From: Lachnospiraceae bacterium
GTDB lineage: Bacteria > Bacillota > Clostridia > Lachnospirales > Lachnospiraceae
Reading direction: 5' to 3'
Assembly: GCA_024690825.1 (NCBI GenBank)
Contig: JAILOK010000027.1
Coordinates: 15,377-79,376, forward strand
DNA length: 64,000 nt
A program made the position numbers and the translations under genes. Every line of letters starts with the position of its first letter. Position 1 is the first letter of the stretch. This document shows, one piece after another, positions 26,815 through 36,901 of the stretch. Under the pieces are notes generated by a model. That model was not told where the DNA came from, made no database searches, and saw nothing but the letters and a program-made list of their open reading frames with translations.

Positions 26815-29800
26815 CTACTCAGCCTGAGCCACATCAAACTTTCTTTTTATCTTACCGGTAAACCGTGTTCCGGTTCCGACGATCGTAACTGTTCCCTTCT
26901 TCGGACCTACCTGCTTGAAGGTTCCCCACACCACATAGTAGTCGCCTGCTTCATTGCCGGATACATCCTTCGGCTTCAGGACCTCCTTCGTCTCTTTGTC
27001 AGCCCTTGTCCATACCACCTTTATCATGCTGTCATCATACTGCCCGTCAGGTCTGTAGGGCACGGGCTGTTCAATGCCGTCTTCCTCATTGACAAACACC
27101 TCGACCGGCGTTTTGTCCTTATTATACTCCTGTACGCCTATGGTATATGTCAGATCATATCTGCCGTAATATTTTCCGGTGCCTTCAACCCTGATCCTGT
27201 ACCTGCCGGCCCTGTTGTTTGAGAGCGCGGAGCCGTCGATCCTGTAGCCCTCTTCCGCAAGCGTCGAAAGATCATCTATCGTTGTTTCATTCTGATAGAT
27301 ATAAAGCCTGATGCCTTCCGTGCCTTTATTTTCGATCCGGTTTGAAAGCTTAAGCGTCAGATCGGTGTATTCATCCCCGCTTGAGAAATTGAAACTCTTT
27401 TTCTTCAGCGTGATGTCATCACACTTAAGCTTCGTGCCGCCGTAGGTCACCTTTACATATGCAGGCTCGAACACATAGTATTTCATCTTCAGACTTTCAT
27501 CCGAAAACTGCACTTTCAGATAATAAATACCAGAGTTCAGCGCTTCCGGGGTAAGCTCGCTCTTCGCATATACTTTCGCGGTGCATTCGTCCTTCCCGTC
27601 TACGAGATCAACGCTGATCGAACCACCGCTGCCGTCCTTATCCACATCCTGATAGGTGTATTTCTTCTCCGAAGTCTTTGCATAGAACTTATCCGGATCA
27701 AGGAATGCGGCGATCCCGGCTTCCTCTTCCGACATGGGATAAACGACCTTTTTATAGGTTCCTCCGACAGTCATCTTTTTCGAGGTCTTCGGAATTCCAT
27801 AGAAGAATATGCCTTCGCTTTCTCCTTCTCCCTCGTATTTGAAAGGATCCTGGGTCCTGCCGCTGATATTGGGATTGCTGCCGTTTGATGTCAGCACGAC
27901 CGTATACCTGCTGAAGGAATCCGTGGTCTTAAACTTCTTTGCCGTTACATCCTTTCCGTCCTCGTCATAGATCGATATATCATAGGCGGATGAAGGTATG
28001 GTCTTTCCGGCATTCACGCCGCTTAAATAGCTTGCCTTAACCTTGGGCTTTAAGACCTTTCCGTTATATTTGATATACTGCGTTGTCACGGCAACATCCG
28101 CCGCGTAGGCAAGGTCTGCGGGAAGTATCACAAAGTATACCTTGATCTTCATTTCGGAATAAATACCCTTGCCGGTAACGATGACGGTCGGTCTGTTTTC
28201 ACTGTCCATGTTGCCTGCGTTCTTATTATTTTTGTAGGTAAGGGTATAATCGGTACCGAAGGAAAGCCTGTTGCCGCCGTCCTCAACGCGGATGTCTAGG
28301 GTGGGACTGTAGCCGCTCTTGGGGAGTCCCTTTGAGTAATACCTGGTGTCGTCCTTTGCCACATATTTGTTGCCGTTATAGACAACGGGCATTAAAGCCT
28401 TCACTGTAAGGCTGGCATTGTTATCGCTTGCGCTGACTTCCTCTGTAAATATCTCAAACAGCGTATATTTTGCTCCGTCTTTTTTGATCTTTTCCACAAA
28501 AGTTTGTCTGTCAAAGGTAAATTTTGTTCCCTTTTCATCCCTTGTGGGCTCGCTGTAGATACCGATATCGGCAGCGTTCATCATTTCTTCTTTATAGCAC
28601 TGTTCAAGCTGGTCATACACGACCTGTTTGACACACCAGACCGCGCCCTTTGTTGACTGCTTGTTCGAGAAGCTGTATATGGTAAGGGGAGTCGTATCCT
28701 CCGCCCTTCTTATCTTCGTCGGAGCGATCTCCTTTTCCATTGAAGGATCCCTGAATTCAAGGATGAGCGAGGGTTCCACATTGTAGGTGACCCAGGGCTT
28801 CTCCATGAGTTCATAGTTGCTTTCCTTATCATCATTGGGATCTGACTTAAGTTTTCCCAGATCCTTAAGCTGCGCTTTGTAGCCGGAATATTTTCTTGCA
28901 TTGGATATGCCGGTAAGGTCAATGACGGAGGATGAGGAATCAAACCAGTCCTGGATCGGAACATTTTCTCCCGACACAACCGTCACTTTGCTCATCTTTC
29001 CGCTCTCATCTGCCCTGTATACGCTTATAAGCCCGTAATATCTTTCCGTCAGTTCATCTCCGACAAGTGAACTTACGGCCTTGGATGCGGTAACATATAC
29101 AGGCATGCGCAGAATGGCAAAATCCGTCGAAGCGTTCTTTTCAAGGCAGTCAACGCTTACCGAAATCTCAGTTCCCGCGCTCATCTTTGAGCAGTCAAAC
29201 GAATCTGACGGAGTGTTTGCGCCGTTCCAGTAGAAAAGTGCGCCGGAAGACTTTGTCAGTTCCTTCTTTGTGCTTCCGTGTATGAAATACAATGTGAAAT
29301 AATCATAAACATTGTCTATCTTATCCGAATAAAAGACATCCTTTTTCTGTACCAAAGACAGGCTGTCCTTTTCCTTTATCTCCTCCACGGTATACCTAAG
29401 GAGCTGGGTTATTGATACGACTGAAGCATTCAGGATCCTGTAACGCCCTGTTTTATCCACTCCGTTCACGCTGATGTTAAATCCTGTATCCGTCTTTGCA
29501 GCTATATAATAAGTACCTGCATCGTTACAGGACAGATTGACATCAACGGGCTTCTCATTCTGTCCCGCGTCATTAGTGCTCACATAGGCAGTTCCGGTCA
29601 CGACGGCATCGGTGATCTCGTTTCCGTTCTTATCAAAAAGCGCGGTCGTCAATCCGGCCTGCTTTAAGCTCTGTCCCTTCAATACCATTCCAAGGGCAAG
29701 CGCAGGGCGTATATAGGCATCCTCCTGCTCATGGATCTCATAATATGTGCCGTTTTTTTCCGCATAATAACCGTCTTTAATGCAGTTCATATCCGGTTTT

Positions 29801-31350
29801 GTATTAAAAGATCCTCCGGTAATGTTGACATTATCCTTTATGACACCGGTATCATAGGCTGCGCTTACCGCCATTGCCTGTCCGTTTTTATTATTGGGAA
29901 CCGAGGTGAACTTTCCTCCGCTGATGTCGACCTTCATATGGGTCCTCTGCAGCGCAGGATCCGTACTTCTGTGATTCACATATAACCCAAACAGGCCGGA
30001 AAAGGTTCCTCCCTTTATGGTCAGGCTGCTGTGCTCCGTTTCATATGATGTGTGCTGGGTATAGGGAGAGTAACCGATGCCGCATCCGACAGTCGTGGAA
30101 CCGTTTGCGATATAGCTCAGATTCAGATTGTCTATAAAGGTGTTGTCCGATATGCATGACACCACTGCGTTCTCGATCACTGTGATACCGTTGCTGACCT
30201 CGATACCCGTAGATCCGGTAAAGTTACCGCCGTTTATCGTAAGATTTCCGAAACCCGCATGATAGATCGCAGTTCCTTCATTATCCAAGGCCTTGAAGGT
30301 TCCGCCGTTTATGGTAAATTTTGTTCCGAAAGACCAGGGCTCGCCGTAGTTCTGGAAACATGTACTCCTTGTAGTTATATTTACGGTGTCATCTTCGACT
30401 ATTACCTCGGCTCCGTTTCCTATGGCATACATTCCCATGTAACCGTCGGTTATCTTAAGTCCCGATCTGATTACAGCCTTTGAATTGTAAGGCTCCTTGA
30501 CATCAAATTTTTTTCCGGAAGGGACAGCTGCGACATTTCCGACGACCATTATGGCCTTGCCGCACGCCTCAAGGGCAGATTTATGCTCATCGCAGTCGAT
30601 ATAGGCCGCTATCGAGATCTTTTCCGCGGTAAGCTCAGCCTTGTCCCAGACTGCTACGACAGAATCCGAGGCTTCCGTATTGTTTACGATCGAACCGGGG
30701 GTTTCCGATGAATCGGTGAGGGTAAGCTTCGTCCCCTCTCCGTGAGCAGAGATCAGAAACTCGTTTTCCATATTTTTGGATCCGCCCATATTGATGGCCG
30801 TATTAAGGGCTGTAATTGCCTCTCCCGTACCGCCTATGCCATGACCGTTAAGATCTATCATGATATTTTTCCCGCCGTCTATGTCCACAGCCGTGCCGGT
30901 AAGGGTTATATCTCCCGTCAGAGTGATCTTTGCAGCCGCAGATGCGGGAGCTGCTGCAACAGCGCTCATAAGGGCAGCTGCCGAAGATACCGTAACCTCG
31001 GCTCCTGCTGCTTCTTCCGGTGCAGTTTCTCCCTCTTCTTCAACAGGAAGCGTCTCGTCTTCCGAAACACTCTCGCCGGGTTCATTATCCGATGCAGAGG
31101 ATTCGGGCTGTTTTTCTTCCGGGATCACGGGAGCAGTCTCGTCTCCGGAAGGAGTTGTCTCATCTTCCGGTCTTGTTTCATCCGGCGCCTCAGTGCTCGG
31201 CTCGGATACGGCAGGCATCTCTATACCCGCTCCCGCTCCCGGCATCACCGGCGTATCTTTTACCTCATCCGCATAAACGCTGCAGGTCATTGACATGACC
31301 ATTGCAATGATGAGCAGTATCGACAGCTGTTTCCTGAACCTTTTCCTCAT
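26815..31350 (-). CDS. 1511-aa secreted/surface protein: signal peptide, acidic P/E-rich linker, beta-helix-like region, Ig-like repeats
   Basis: MRKRFRKQLSILLIIAMVMSMTCSVYADE signal; repeated xITGGxF strands; repeats such as DYTLTYKNNKNAG...VTGKGIY, VEGTGKYYG and TIVGTGTRFTG. Confidence 0.8.
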   Translation of the reverse strand: MRKRFRKQLSILLIIAMVMSMTCSVYADEVKDTPVMPGAGAGIEMPAVSEPSTEAPDETRPEDETTPSGDETAPVIPEEKQPESSASDNEPGESVSEDETLPVEEEGETAPEEAAGAEVTVSSAAALMSAVAAAPASAAAKITLTGDITLTGTAVDIDGGKNIMIDLNGHGIGGTGEAITALNTAINMGGSKNMENEFLISAHGEGTKLTLTDSSETPGSIVNNTEASDSVVAVWDKAELTAEKISIAAYIDCDEHKSALEACGKAIMVVGNVAAVPSGKKFDVKEPYNSKAVIRSGLKITDGYMGMYAIGNGAEVIVEDDTVNITTRSTCFQNYGEPWSFGTKFTINGGTFKALDNEGTAIYHAGFGNLTINGGNFTGSTGIEVSNGITVIENAVVSCISDNTFIDNLNLSYIANGSTTVGCGIGYSPYTQHTSYETEHSSLTIKGGTFSGLFGLYVNHRSTDPALQRTHMKVDISGGKFTSVPNNKNGQAMAVSAAYDTGVIKDNVNITGGSFNTKPDMNCIKDGYYAEKNGTYYEIHEQEDAYIRPALALGMVLKGQSLKQAGLTTALFDKNGNEITDAVVTGTAYVSTNDAGQNEKPVDVNLSCNDAGTYYIAAKTDTGFNISVNGVDKTGRYRILNASVVSITQLLRYTVEEIKEKDSLSLVQKKDVFYSDKIDNVYDYFTLYFIHGSTKKELTKSSGALFYWNGANTPSDSFDCSKMSAGTEISVSVDCLEKNASTDFAILRMPVYVTASKAVSSLVGDELTERYYGLISVYRADESGKMSKVTVVSGENVPIQDWFDSSSSVIDLTGISNARKYSGYKAQLKDLGKLKSDPNDDKESNYELMEKPWVTYNVEPSLILEFRDPSMEKEIAPTKIRRAEDTTPLTIYSFSNKQSTKGAVWCVKQVVYDQLEQCYKEEMMNAADIGIYSEPTRDEKGTKFTFDRQTFVEKIKKDGAKYTLFEIFTEEVSASDNNASLTVKALMPVVYNGNKYVAKDDTRYYSKGLPKSGYSPTLDIRVEDGGNRLSFGTDYTLTYKNNKNAGNMDSENRPTVIVTGKGIYSEMKIKVYFVILPADLAYAADVAVTTQYIKYNGKVLKPKVKASYLSGVNAGKTIPSSAYDISIYDEDGKDVTAKKFKTTDSFSRYTVVLTSNGSNPNISGRTQDPFKYEGEGESEGIFFYGIPKTSKKMTVGGTYKKVVYPMSEEEAGIAAFLDPDKFYAKTSEKKYTYQDVDKDGSGGSISVDLVDGKDECTAKVYAKSELTPEALNSGIYYLKVQFSDESLKMKYYVFEPAYVKVTYGGTKLKCDDITLKKKSFNFSSGDEYTDLTLKLSNRIENKGTEGIRLYIYQNETTIDDLSTLAEEGYRIDGSALSNNRAGRYRIRVEGTGKYYGRYDLTYTIGVQEYNKDKTPVEVFVNEEDGIEQPVPYRPDGQYDDSMIKVVWTRADKETKEVLKPKDVSGNEAGDYYVVWGTFKQVGPKKGTVTIVGTGTRFTGKIKRKFDVAQAE

Positions 31351-31438
31351 AACTTAAACTCTCCTTGTAAAAAAACCGTACCCCTTATCGGTGATTTATG
31401 TATACAATCATTCGCAGAAAAGTGCTTTAAAAACAGGT

Positions 31439-31497
31439 AAAGGCGGGGCGAAAACACCCCACCTTTGATACTACTCCAGGTAAACTCTTTATGTCAA
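31439..31497 (-). promoter_or_regulatory. Promoter and leader hairpin of the large surface protein gene
   Basis: TTGACA(31497-92)-N18-TAGTAT(31473-68), immediately followed by AAAGGTGGGG/CCCCGCCTTT (31466-31439) and ACCTGTTTTT. Confidence 0.55.
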
Positions 31498-31525
31498 CAA
31501 GAAATTTTATGTAATCCTATGTTGA

Positions 31526-34174
31526 TCACTGCATATCTGTTCCCAGCTGCAGGCATTCCCAGTTTGCGGGATCAAAGATATTGTCATGCACGGAAAGCCA
31601 CGATATCATCTCATCGTCATAGACCGTATCTTTTTCGGTATCCACCTCAATCTTCGTTCTGACGATAACAAGCGGTCCCTCGCTCTTTCTGTCGTTATTG
31701 ACGGGATTTCCCGTAAAGGGATTGACCGGATCTTTTATTACATCCTTCATGGCTATAGTCGGCACATCGGCGTTGCACATAAATGTGTCATCCGTGACGA
31801 CTCCCTCGTGATCCGAATCGAAATCCTTTACCAGAAGCACGGGGTTGACGGCCTCGACATCGATCGGTATATCTTCAAAATACATATAAGGGAACTGACC
31901 CATTCCGAAACCGTGGTCGGCCGTGATGATTATTCTGGTATTATCGTAAACGCCCAAATCTCTTAAGGTATCCAGCCAGTCACCAAGCTTCATCATGGCG
32001 GCCATGTCCGCGTCATAGTGCTCCTCCTGGATCGTATGGGTTATCTTCATCGTCTTCCCGTCTGGAAGCGTGCGCTTTTCGGGAGTTTCCGCAAGCCTTA
32101 CCGTCGAATCGGGCTCATAATCCGGAGGATTGAGCGAAGTGTTTTCGTGCGCCGCATCATTTTCGATCATAATAAGCTCGCCCTTGCTGTCATCCGAAAC
32201 CTCAGTAAGCTCGGGCATCAGGCGCAGGAATGACAGACAGGTGATGAAACGGTACTTCAGGCCGTTATTTGTGATCGAAAGATAATTGCCCTCATCATAA
32301 AGTGTCTCCTGCGTGAAAAGAGGCATAGAACGGAAGAGGCTGTAGAAAAAGAAGTTCCTCTTCTGCTGCTCGAGTTCTATGCATGCCCTCTCCTTTTCGG
32401 TGAGATAATCATTGTATTCACCGTTTGATGTGCGGTAGGCATCGCAGTCGGGGACATTGTCAAATATGCGCGATCCGTTTATGAAGGAATTTTCAAGGTC
32501 CGCAAGCGGCAGGTCGCATACCGTGGAATGATACCCTTCTTTTCCAAATAATAAAGGCATGAGCTTTAAGGCTTCGTTCTGCTTGTCCTTTAAGAGCACA
32601 TCATCTCTTTTATTGGATTCGGCCAGCGCATACTCATATCCGCCAAATAGCGCGGCAGACGCATTTATTGTTTCCGTCCCCGTGGAGACCGTATTGGGAT
32701 AAAATGTAAATCCCTCAAACTTCTTTTCAAGCTCCGGTTTTTCCTGGAAAAGATACGGAATATAAGCCCCTATGGACCGGTCAAGCATGATGACCACCAC
32801 ATTTTTTCCCTTTGAGGAAAACTTAAGGATCTTATTATTTATATCCGCAGGCTCGACTCCGGCCGCCTTGCCGTTTTTGGCGTTTGCAAAGATATGCGAG
32901 GACCTGACGGTCTTTTCGATCGAGACCGCATTATATACGGAAAAGATCATCTCGCAGACGATCAGGATGCCCAGAAGGCTGAATACATATTTCTTTCCCT
33001 TTTTGAAAAAGGCCGTCAGTACAACAGCCGTGGTAGCGATGAACAGTACATTGAAGATCCTGTTCACATATCCGTAGGAAGGATATCTGTCGTAGATGAG
33101 CGTATAGGAAATGATCCCGAACTGCCCGGAAAAAAACATGTGGTTGATGATGAACACAACCGAGCAGCACAGAGCCGCAAGGCTTATAAACTTCCTCAAA
33201 CGGGGCCCCGAAAGGAAGAAAATGACCGCGCCCCACAAAATAAAGACGCCCGATGCTATGGCAAAGGAAAGAAGCGCATATCTTACCGGATCCGGATAGA
33301 TCAGGTTTTCCGCAAAATCAAGGGGCGAAGCATCAATGACCGACAGCGGTATGGCAAGACCCGTAAAAAGCGAAAGCAGCACCGCCGAGAGTGCCCAGAG
33401 CTTTGTGACATCGCTGTCCTTTTTGGGGGAGCCGGAAACGCTTCTTTGAACGGCTTCAGCCTCAGACGGCAGATCATCTCCCGCCTCCTTCGTCTGTTTC
33501 TTTTTGTTGATCATATCCATGACAATGTTCTTTCCGAGGGAAAAAACATTATTGAGCGTCCAGTAAAATACAAGTCCCGCAGGCGATCTGTATAGCAGCA
33601 CCAGAAATACCAGGGCAAAAGCCACGGTCTGGATCTTTTCCTTCTTTGTTCCGCCTTTCGTATAGATGGCCGCGGAAGTCAGATTGATCGCCGTCATAAG
33701 GATGGGAAGCAGGTTAATGTGCAGGCCTCCTATGGGGATCAGTCCGTCGGGACTTCCCAGATCCTGTATCATCAGGAAGGATGCGCCCTTTAACAGCGTG
33801 AGATTTGAAAGAAAATCATAGGCCGCGATAAAGAAAGGAACCTGCAGAAGCAGGGAAAGTGAGCTCTTTAACACATACCAGGGCTGGTAATCATTCTGCC
33901 TGTAGTATTCGGACAGGATCATGAACCGCTCATCGCCCTTAAAGGTGCGCCGTATCTCCTTAACCCAGTGCTCCATGTCCTTCTGCTTTTTGCGCTCCTC
34001 TGCCTGCATCGCATCGGACCGAAGATACATCGGCAGAACCAGGATATTCATCACAAGACTTACCGAGAGAATGGATATCCCGGGGTTCGTGAAAAGATGA
34101 TAGCTGACCCTGAAGATGATCTCAAAGAGAAACCATATCGGTTTTATTGCAAGATAATATAAGAATTCGCCCAT
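31526..34174 (-). CDS. Fusion: YidC/Oxa1-like domain, additional TM bundle, alkaline-phosphatase/sulfatase-superfamily domain
   Basis: About aa 1-220 YidC-like (ILVLP, LLLQVPFF, LPILM, PAGLVFYWTLNNVFS). C-terminal NVVVIMLDR, YPNTVSTGTET, NTRIIITADHG and NADVP are LtaS/EptA/sulfatase-like. Confidence 0.85.
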   Translation of the reverse strand: MGEFLYYLAIKPIWFLFEIIFRVSYHLFTNPGISILSVSLVMNILVLPMYLRSDAMQAEERKKQKDMEHWVKEIRRTFKGDERFMILSEYYRQNDYQPWYVLKSSLSLLLQVPFFIAAYDFLSNLTLLKGASFLMIQDLGSPDGLIPIGGLHINLLPILMTAINLTSAAIYTKGGTKKEKIQTVAFALVFLVLLYRSPAGLVFYWTLNNVFSLGKNIVMDMINKKKQTKEAGDDLPSEAEAVQRSVSGSPKKDSDVTKLWALSAVLLSLFTGLAIPLSVIDASPLDFAENLIYPDPVRYALLSFAIASGVFILWGAVIFFLSGPRLRKFISLAALCCSVVFIINHMFFSGQFGIISYTLIYDRYPSYGYVNRIFNVLFIATTAVVLTAFFKKGKKYVFSLLGILIVCEMIFSVYNAVSIEKTVRSSHIFANAKNGKAAGVEPADINNKILKFSSKGKNVVVIMLDRSIGAYIPYLFQEKPELEKKFEGFTFYPNTVSTGTETINASAALFGGYEYALAESNKRDDVLLKDKQNEALKLMPLLFGKEGYHSTVCDLPLADLENSFINGSRIFDNVPDCDAYRTSNGEYNDYLTEKERACIELEQQKRNFFFYSLFRSMPLFTQETLYDEGNYLSITNNGLKYRFITCLSFLRLMPELTEVSDDSKGELIMIENDAAHENTSLNPPDYEPDSTVRLAETPEKRTLPDGKTMKITHTIQEEHYDADMAAMMKLGDWLDTLRDLGVYDNTRIIITADHGFGMGQFPYMYFEDIPIDVEAVNPVLLVKDFDSDHEGVVTDDTFMCNADVPTIAMKDVIKDPVNPFTGNPVNNDRKSEGPLVIVRTKIEVDTEKDTVYDDEMISWLSVHDNIFDPANWECLQLGTDMQ

Positions 34175-34189
34175 TGATGACCGTCCTTA

Positions 34190-35701
34190 TTAGTTAACAT
34201 AAAATAATACAAATTCTTTCAGGACCGTCACGCCCCATCCCTGATTTGTGAATGCGTCTACAAGGTCGGGACGCTCGTATTGGTCTACGGCATATATGTG
34301 ATCGGGAGAATAATCGATATCTCCTTCGGGATTTACTTCGACATTGTTAAAGGAAAAGCTGCTCGCATCTGAAAACTGCCTGTAATCGGCAGGGGATGCC
34401 GCGCCGTAAAGCGCAATCAAAAGATTTCTGCCTTCAAATTCCCCGGTATAGACAGTGACCGTTTTTTCCGGATACATCTTCAATGCGGCCTTGACCGCCT
34501 CTCCCGCGCTCTTGTCGACTATATTTCCGTTTTCGTGGTCGCTGCTGTGATTAAGCTCGGAGTTGTAATTTACCAGATAGTAATGCGTAAGGATGCAAAA
34601 TCCCACGATATATACCAGCACGATGACGGGCAGAGTGCCTTTGACATTATCTCCTATGTAAATGATCCCCTCCATGATGAGCATGGCAAGGGCAAAAAAG
34701 AGACCGCAGGCAGTGCTTAAACCTGCCTTTTTTATGATAAGGCATACCGGAAGGCCCGCGATGACAAAGCACCAGGCCAATACCGAAGCATCAAAGGTTT
34801 TTGTTTTAACAGAGGTCAGGACTTTTTTGAAGGAAACGATGACTCCGGTAACAAGAAGCGGAAGCGAGAACACATACATCGTCCCAAAGTCCGGTATGAC
34901 ATTGAAATCATGTCCGTCATCCCAGAACATCTTCTTAAATCTGGTAAGGTTTTTAAGGATGCCCGCCGGATTCACATCAAGCTTAAGTCCGGATATCACG
35001 ATCAATACGGCGCATATAAGTACGGGTACGCATAATAAAACCGCATCTCGTATCCTGATCTTTTTTACAAAAAAGAGATACGCGCAGACGATCAGCGCAA
35101 ACAAAGGAATAATTATGCAGCCGGGCCTCCAGGTAAGGACTGCCGCCGAAAACAGGATCCCAGATAATAAGAACAGCAGGGCCTTCGACTTTTTTATTGC
35201 CGCAAGCAGAAAGAAAAATGCCGCGGGGAGGATCGAAAGCACCAGGAAATTCTCAAGGAAATTTCTCTGGCTTATGAAAAATATCGGAAGCGACAGAACA
35301 AGTCCCGCCGCAACAAATCCGTCCTTCTTTTTTCCCGTCCACTGCCAGACGAAAAGATAGGAAAAGATCATCGCAAAAAATCCGCCTGCCGCGGAAATGA
35401 GCCTGAAAAGCTTCATCGAAAACAAAGCCGGACGAAGCTTCATCAGAAGCGCCCCGGCCCATATGAAAAGAGGGCTGTGTCCGTCACCGAATCCGCCGAA
35501 AAAAAGAGAAGGCGCAGCCCCTGTGCTGTCAGTCCCGAACCTTGCGATGCAAAGCGATTCATAAGCCTGTTCCAGTTCTTTCGTATGGAGATAATAAGGG
35601 ATCTCTCCTGCCATAAATACCCTGCTGAATAAATAACCGGCCAGGAGTATGAGAAGAAATACCGGATTATATTTTTCGAAGATCTCTCCCGCTTTTTTCA
35701 T
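34190..35701 (-). CDS. GT39/ArnT-like (GT-C) membrane glycosyltransferase
   Basis: First-loop PYYLHTKELEQAYES (degenerate DE motif), GHSPLFIW, about 12 TM segments. Start MKKAGE at 35701 after AAAGGTGG. Confidence 0.65.
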   Translation of the reverse strand: MKKAGEIFEKYNPVFLLILLAGYLFSRVFMAGEIPYYLHTKELEQAYESLCIARFGTDSTGAAPSLFFGGFGDGHSPLFIWAGALLMKLRPALFSMKLFRLISAAGGFFAMIFSYLFVWQWTGKKKDGFVAAGLVLSLPIFFISQRNFLENFLVLSILPAAFFFLLAAIKKSKALLFLLSGILFSAAVLTWRPGCIIIPLFALIVCAYLFFVKKIRIRDAVLLCVPVLICAVLIVISGLKLDVNPAGILKNLTRFKKMFWDDGHDFNVIPDFGTMYVFSLPLLVTGVIVSFKKVLTSVKTKTFDASVLAWCFVIAGLPVCLIIKKAGLSTACGLFFALAMLIMEGIIYIGDNVKGTLPVIVLVYIVGFCILTHYYLVNYNSELNHSSDHENGNIVDKSAGEAVKAALKMYPEKTVTVYTGEFEGRNLLIALYGAASPADYRQFSDASSFSFNNVEVNPEGDIDYSPDHIYAVDQYERPDLVDAFTNQGWGVTVLKEFVLFYVN

Positions 35702-35732
35702 ATTATGTAAACCACCTTTGCATGGATTAATT

Positions 35733-36857
35733 TTATGTAAACTGTTCAAGGTGTCTCATGAAGTTTTCTTTGTTTTCCAGCGCTGTCGTAGTGGGACGCC
35801 CGAGATCCGGTCTTGCTCCGACCTGACATTTAACCTCAATGAACGAAAGCTCTCCGGCATCTTTTGCACTCTTTAATTCACTGTCAAGGCTGTCCATATC
35901 GGACACACTGACCGCCCTTTTATAACCGCAGGCCTTTGCTATCGACACAAGGTCAACGGATCCCGCAACGGTCGGCATGCCTCCCACGGTCTCATGCGCT
36001 CCGTTATTTATCACTATGTGTATGAGATTTGAAGGAGCATTTGTTCCGATGACTGCCATGGCTCCCATATGCATGAGCGCCGCTCCGTCACCGTCTATGC
36101 ACCAGACCCTCACTCCGGGTTTATTAAGCGCAACACCCAAAGCGATCGATGAGCAGTGTCCCATGGAACCCACAGTCAGAAAATCCGTTCCGTGGTCCAT
36201 TCCCTTTTCGGTACGGTATTCAAAAAGCTCACGGCTTATCTTTCCCGTCGTTGAGATGACAGGATCAGAGCCTGTCACGGCTGCTATATGCTTTATGACC
36301 TCTTCGCGGTTGAGGCTGTAGTTATTATCATATTTTACCTTCCCGTCAAAGCTTAAGCCGCCCTCCCGTATAATAAAAGCGGCCTGCTTTCCCTTTGCAA
36401 GCTCTTTTCTGAAGGTTTCCATGGCTTTATTCACTTCCTCATCCGTGGTGTCCTTTCCGATGACGAAGGTCTTCACATCCATATCCTGCATGAGCTTTTC
36501 GGTGACGATGCCCTGGTAGATGTGCTGGGGCTCGTCGTGAATACCCGGTTCGCCTCTCCAGCCTATGATGAATACCACCGGTATGGCATAAACCTTGTCA
36601 TTTACCAGTGAAGCAAGAGGGTTTATTATATTTCCCTCACCGCTGTTCTGCATGTATACCACGGGAACCTTCCCTGTGGCCAGATGATATCCCGCTGCCA
36701 GTGCCAGACAGTTTCCTTCGTTTGCGGCTATGATGTGATGGTTCTTATCTATACCGTATTTATCCATCAGGAAATTGCACAGCGCTTTAAGCCTGCTGTC
36801 GGGAACTCCCGAATAAAATTCCGATCCTATGATTTCAAATAATTTTTCCGTTTTCAT
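35733..36857 (-). CDS. aepY: Phosphonopyruvate decarboxylase
   Basis: YSGVPDS, AANEGN, YMQNSGEGN, DEPQH, VGSMGH, ThDP motif IDGDGAALMHMG...NN. Confidence 0.95.
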   Translation of the reverse strand: MKTEKLFEIIGSEFYSGVPDSRLKALCNFLMDKYGIDKNHHIIAANEGNCLALAAGYHLATGKVPVVYMQNSGEGNIINPLASLVNDKVYAIPVVFIIGWRGEPGIHDEPQHIYQGIVTEKLMQDMDVKTFVIGKDTTDEEVNKAMETFRKELAKGKQAAFIIREGGLSFDGKVKYDNNYSLNREEVIKHIAAVTGSDPVISTTGKISRELFEYRTEKGMDHGTDFLTVGSMGHCSSIALGVALNKPGVRVWCIDGDGAALMHMGAMAVIGTNAPSNLIHIVINNGAHETVGGMPTVAGSVDLVSIAKACGYKRAVSVSDMDSLDSELKSAKDAGELSFIEVKCQVGARPDLGRPTTTALENKENFMRHLEQFT

Positions 36858-36901
36858 ATGTTTTTCCTTCAATATTTGTGAGCCGCTTTACTGTCACCTT
36901 T

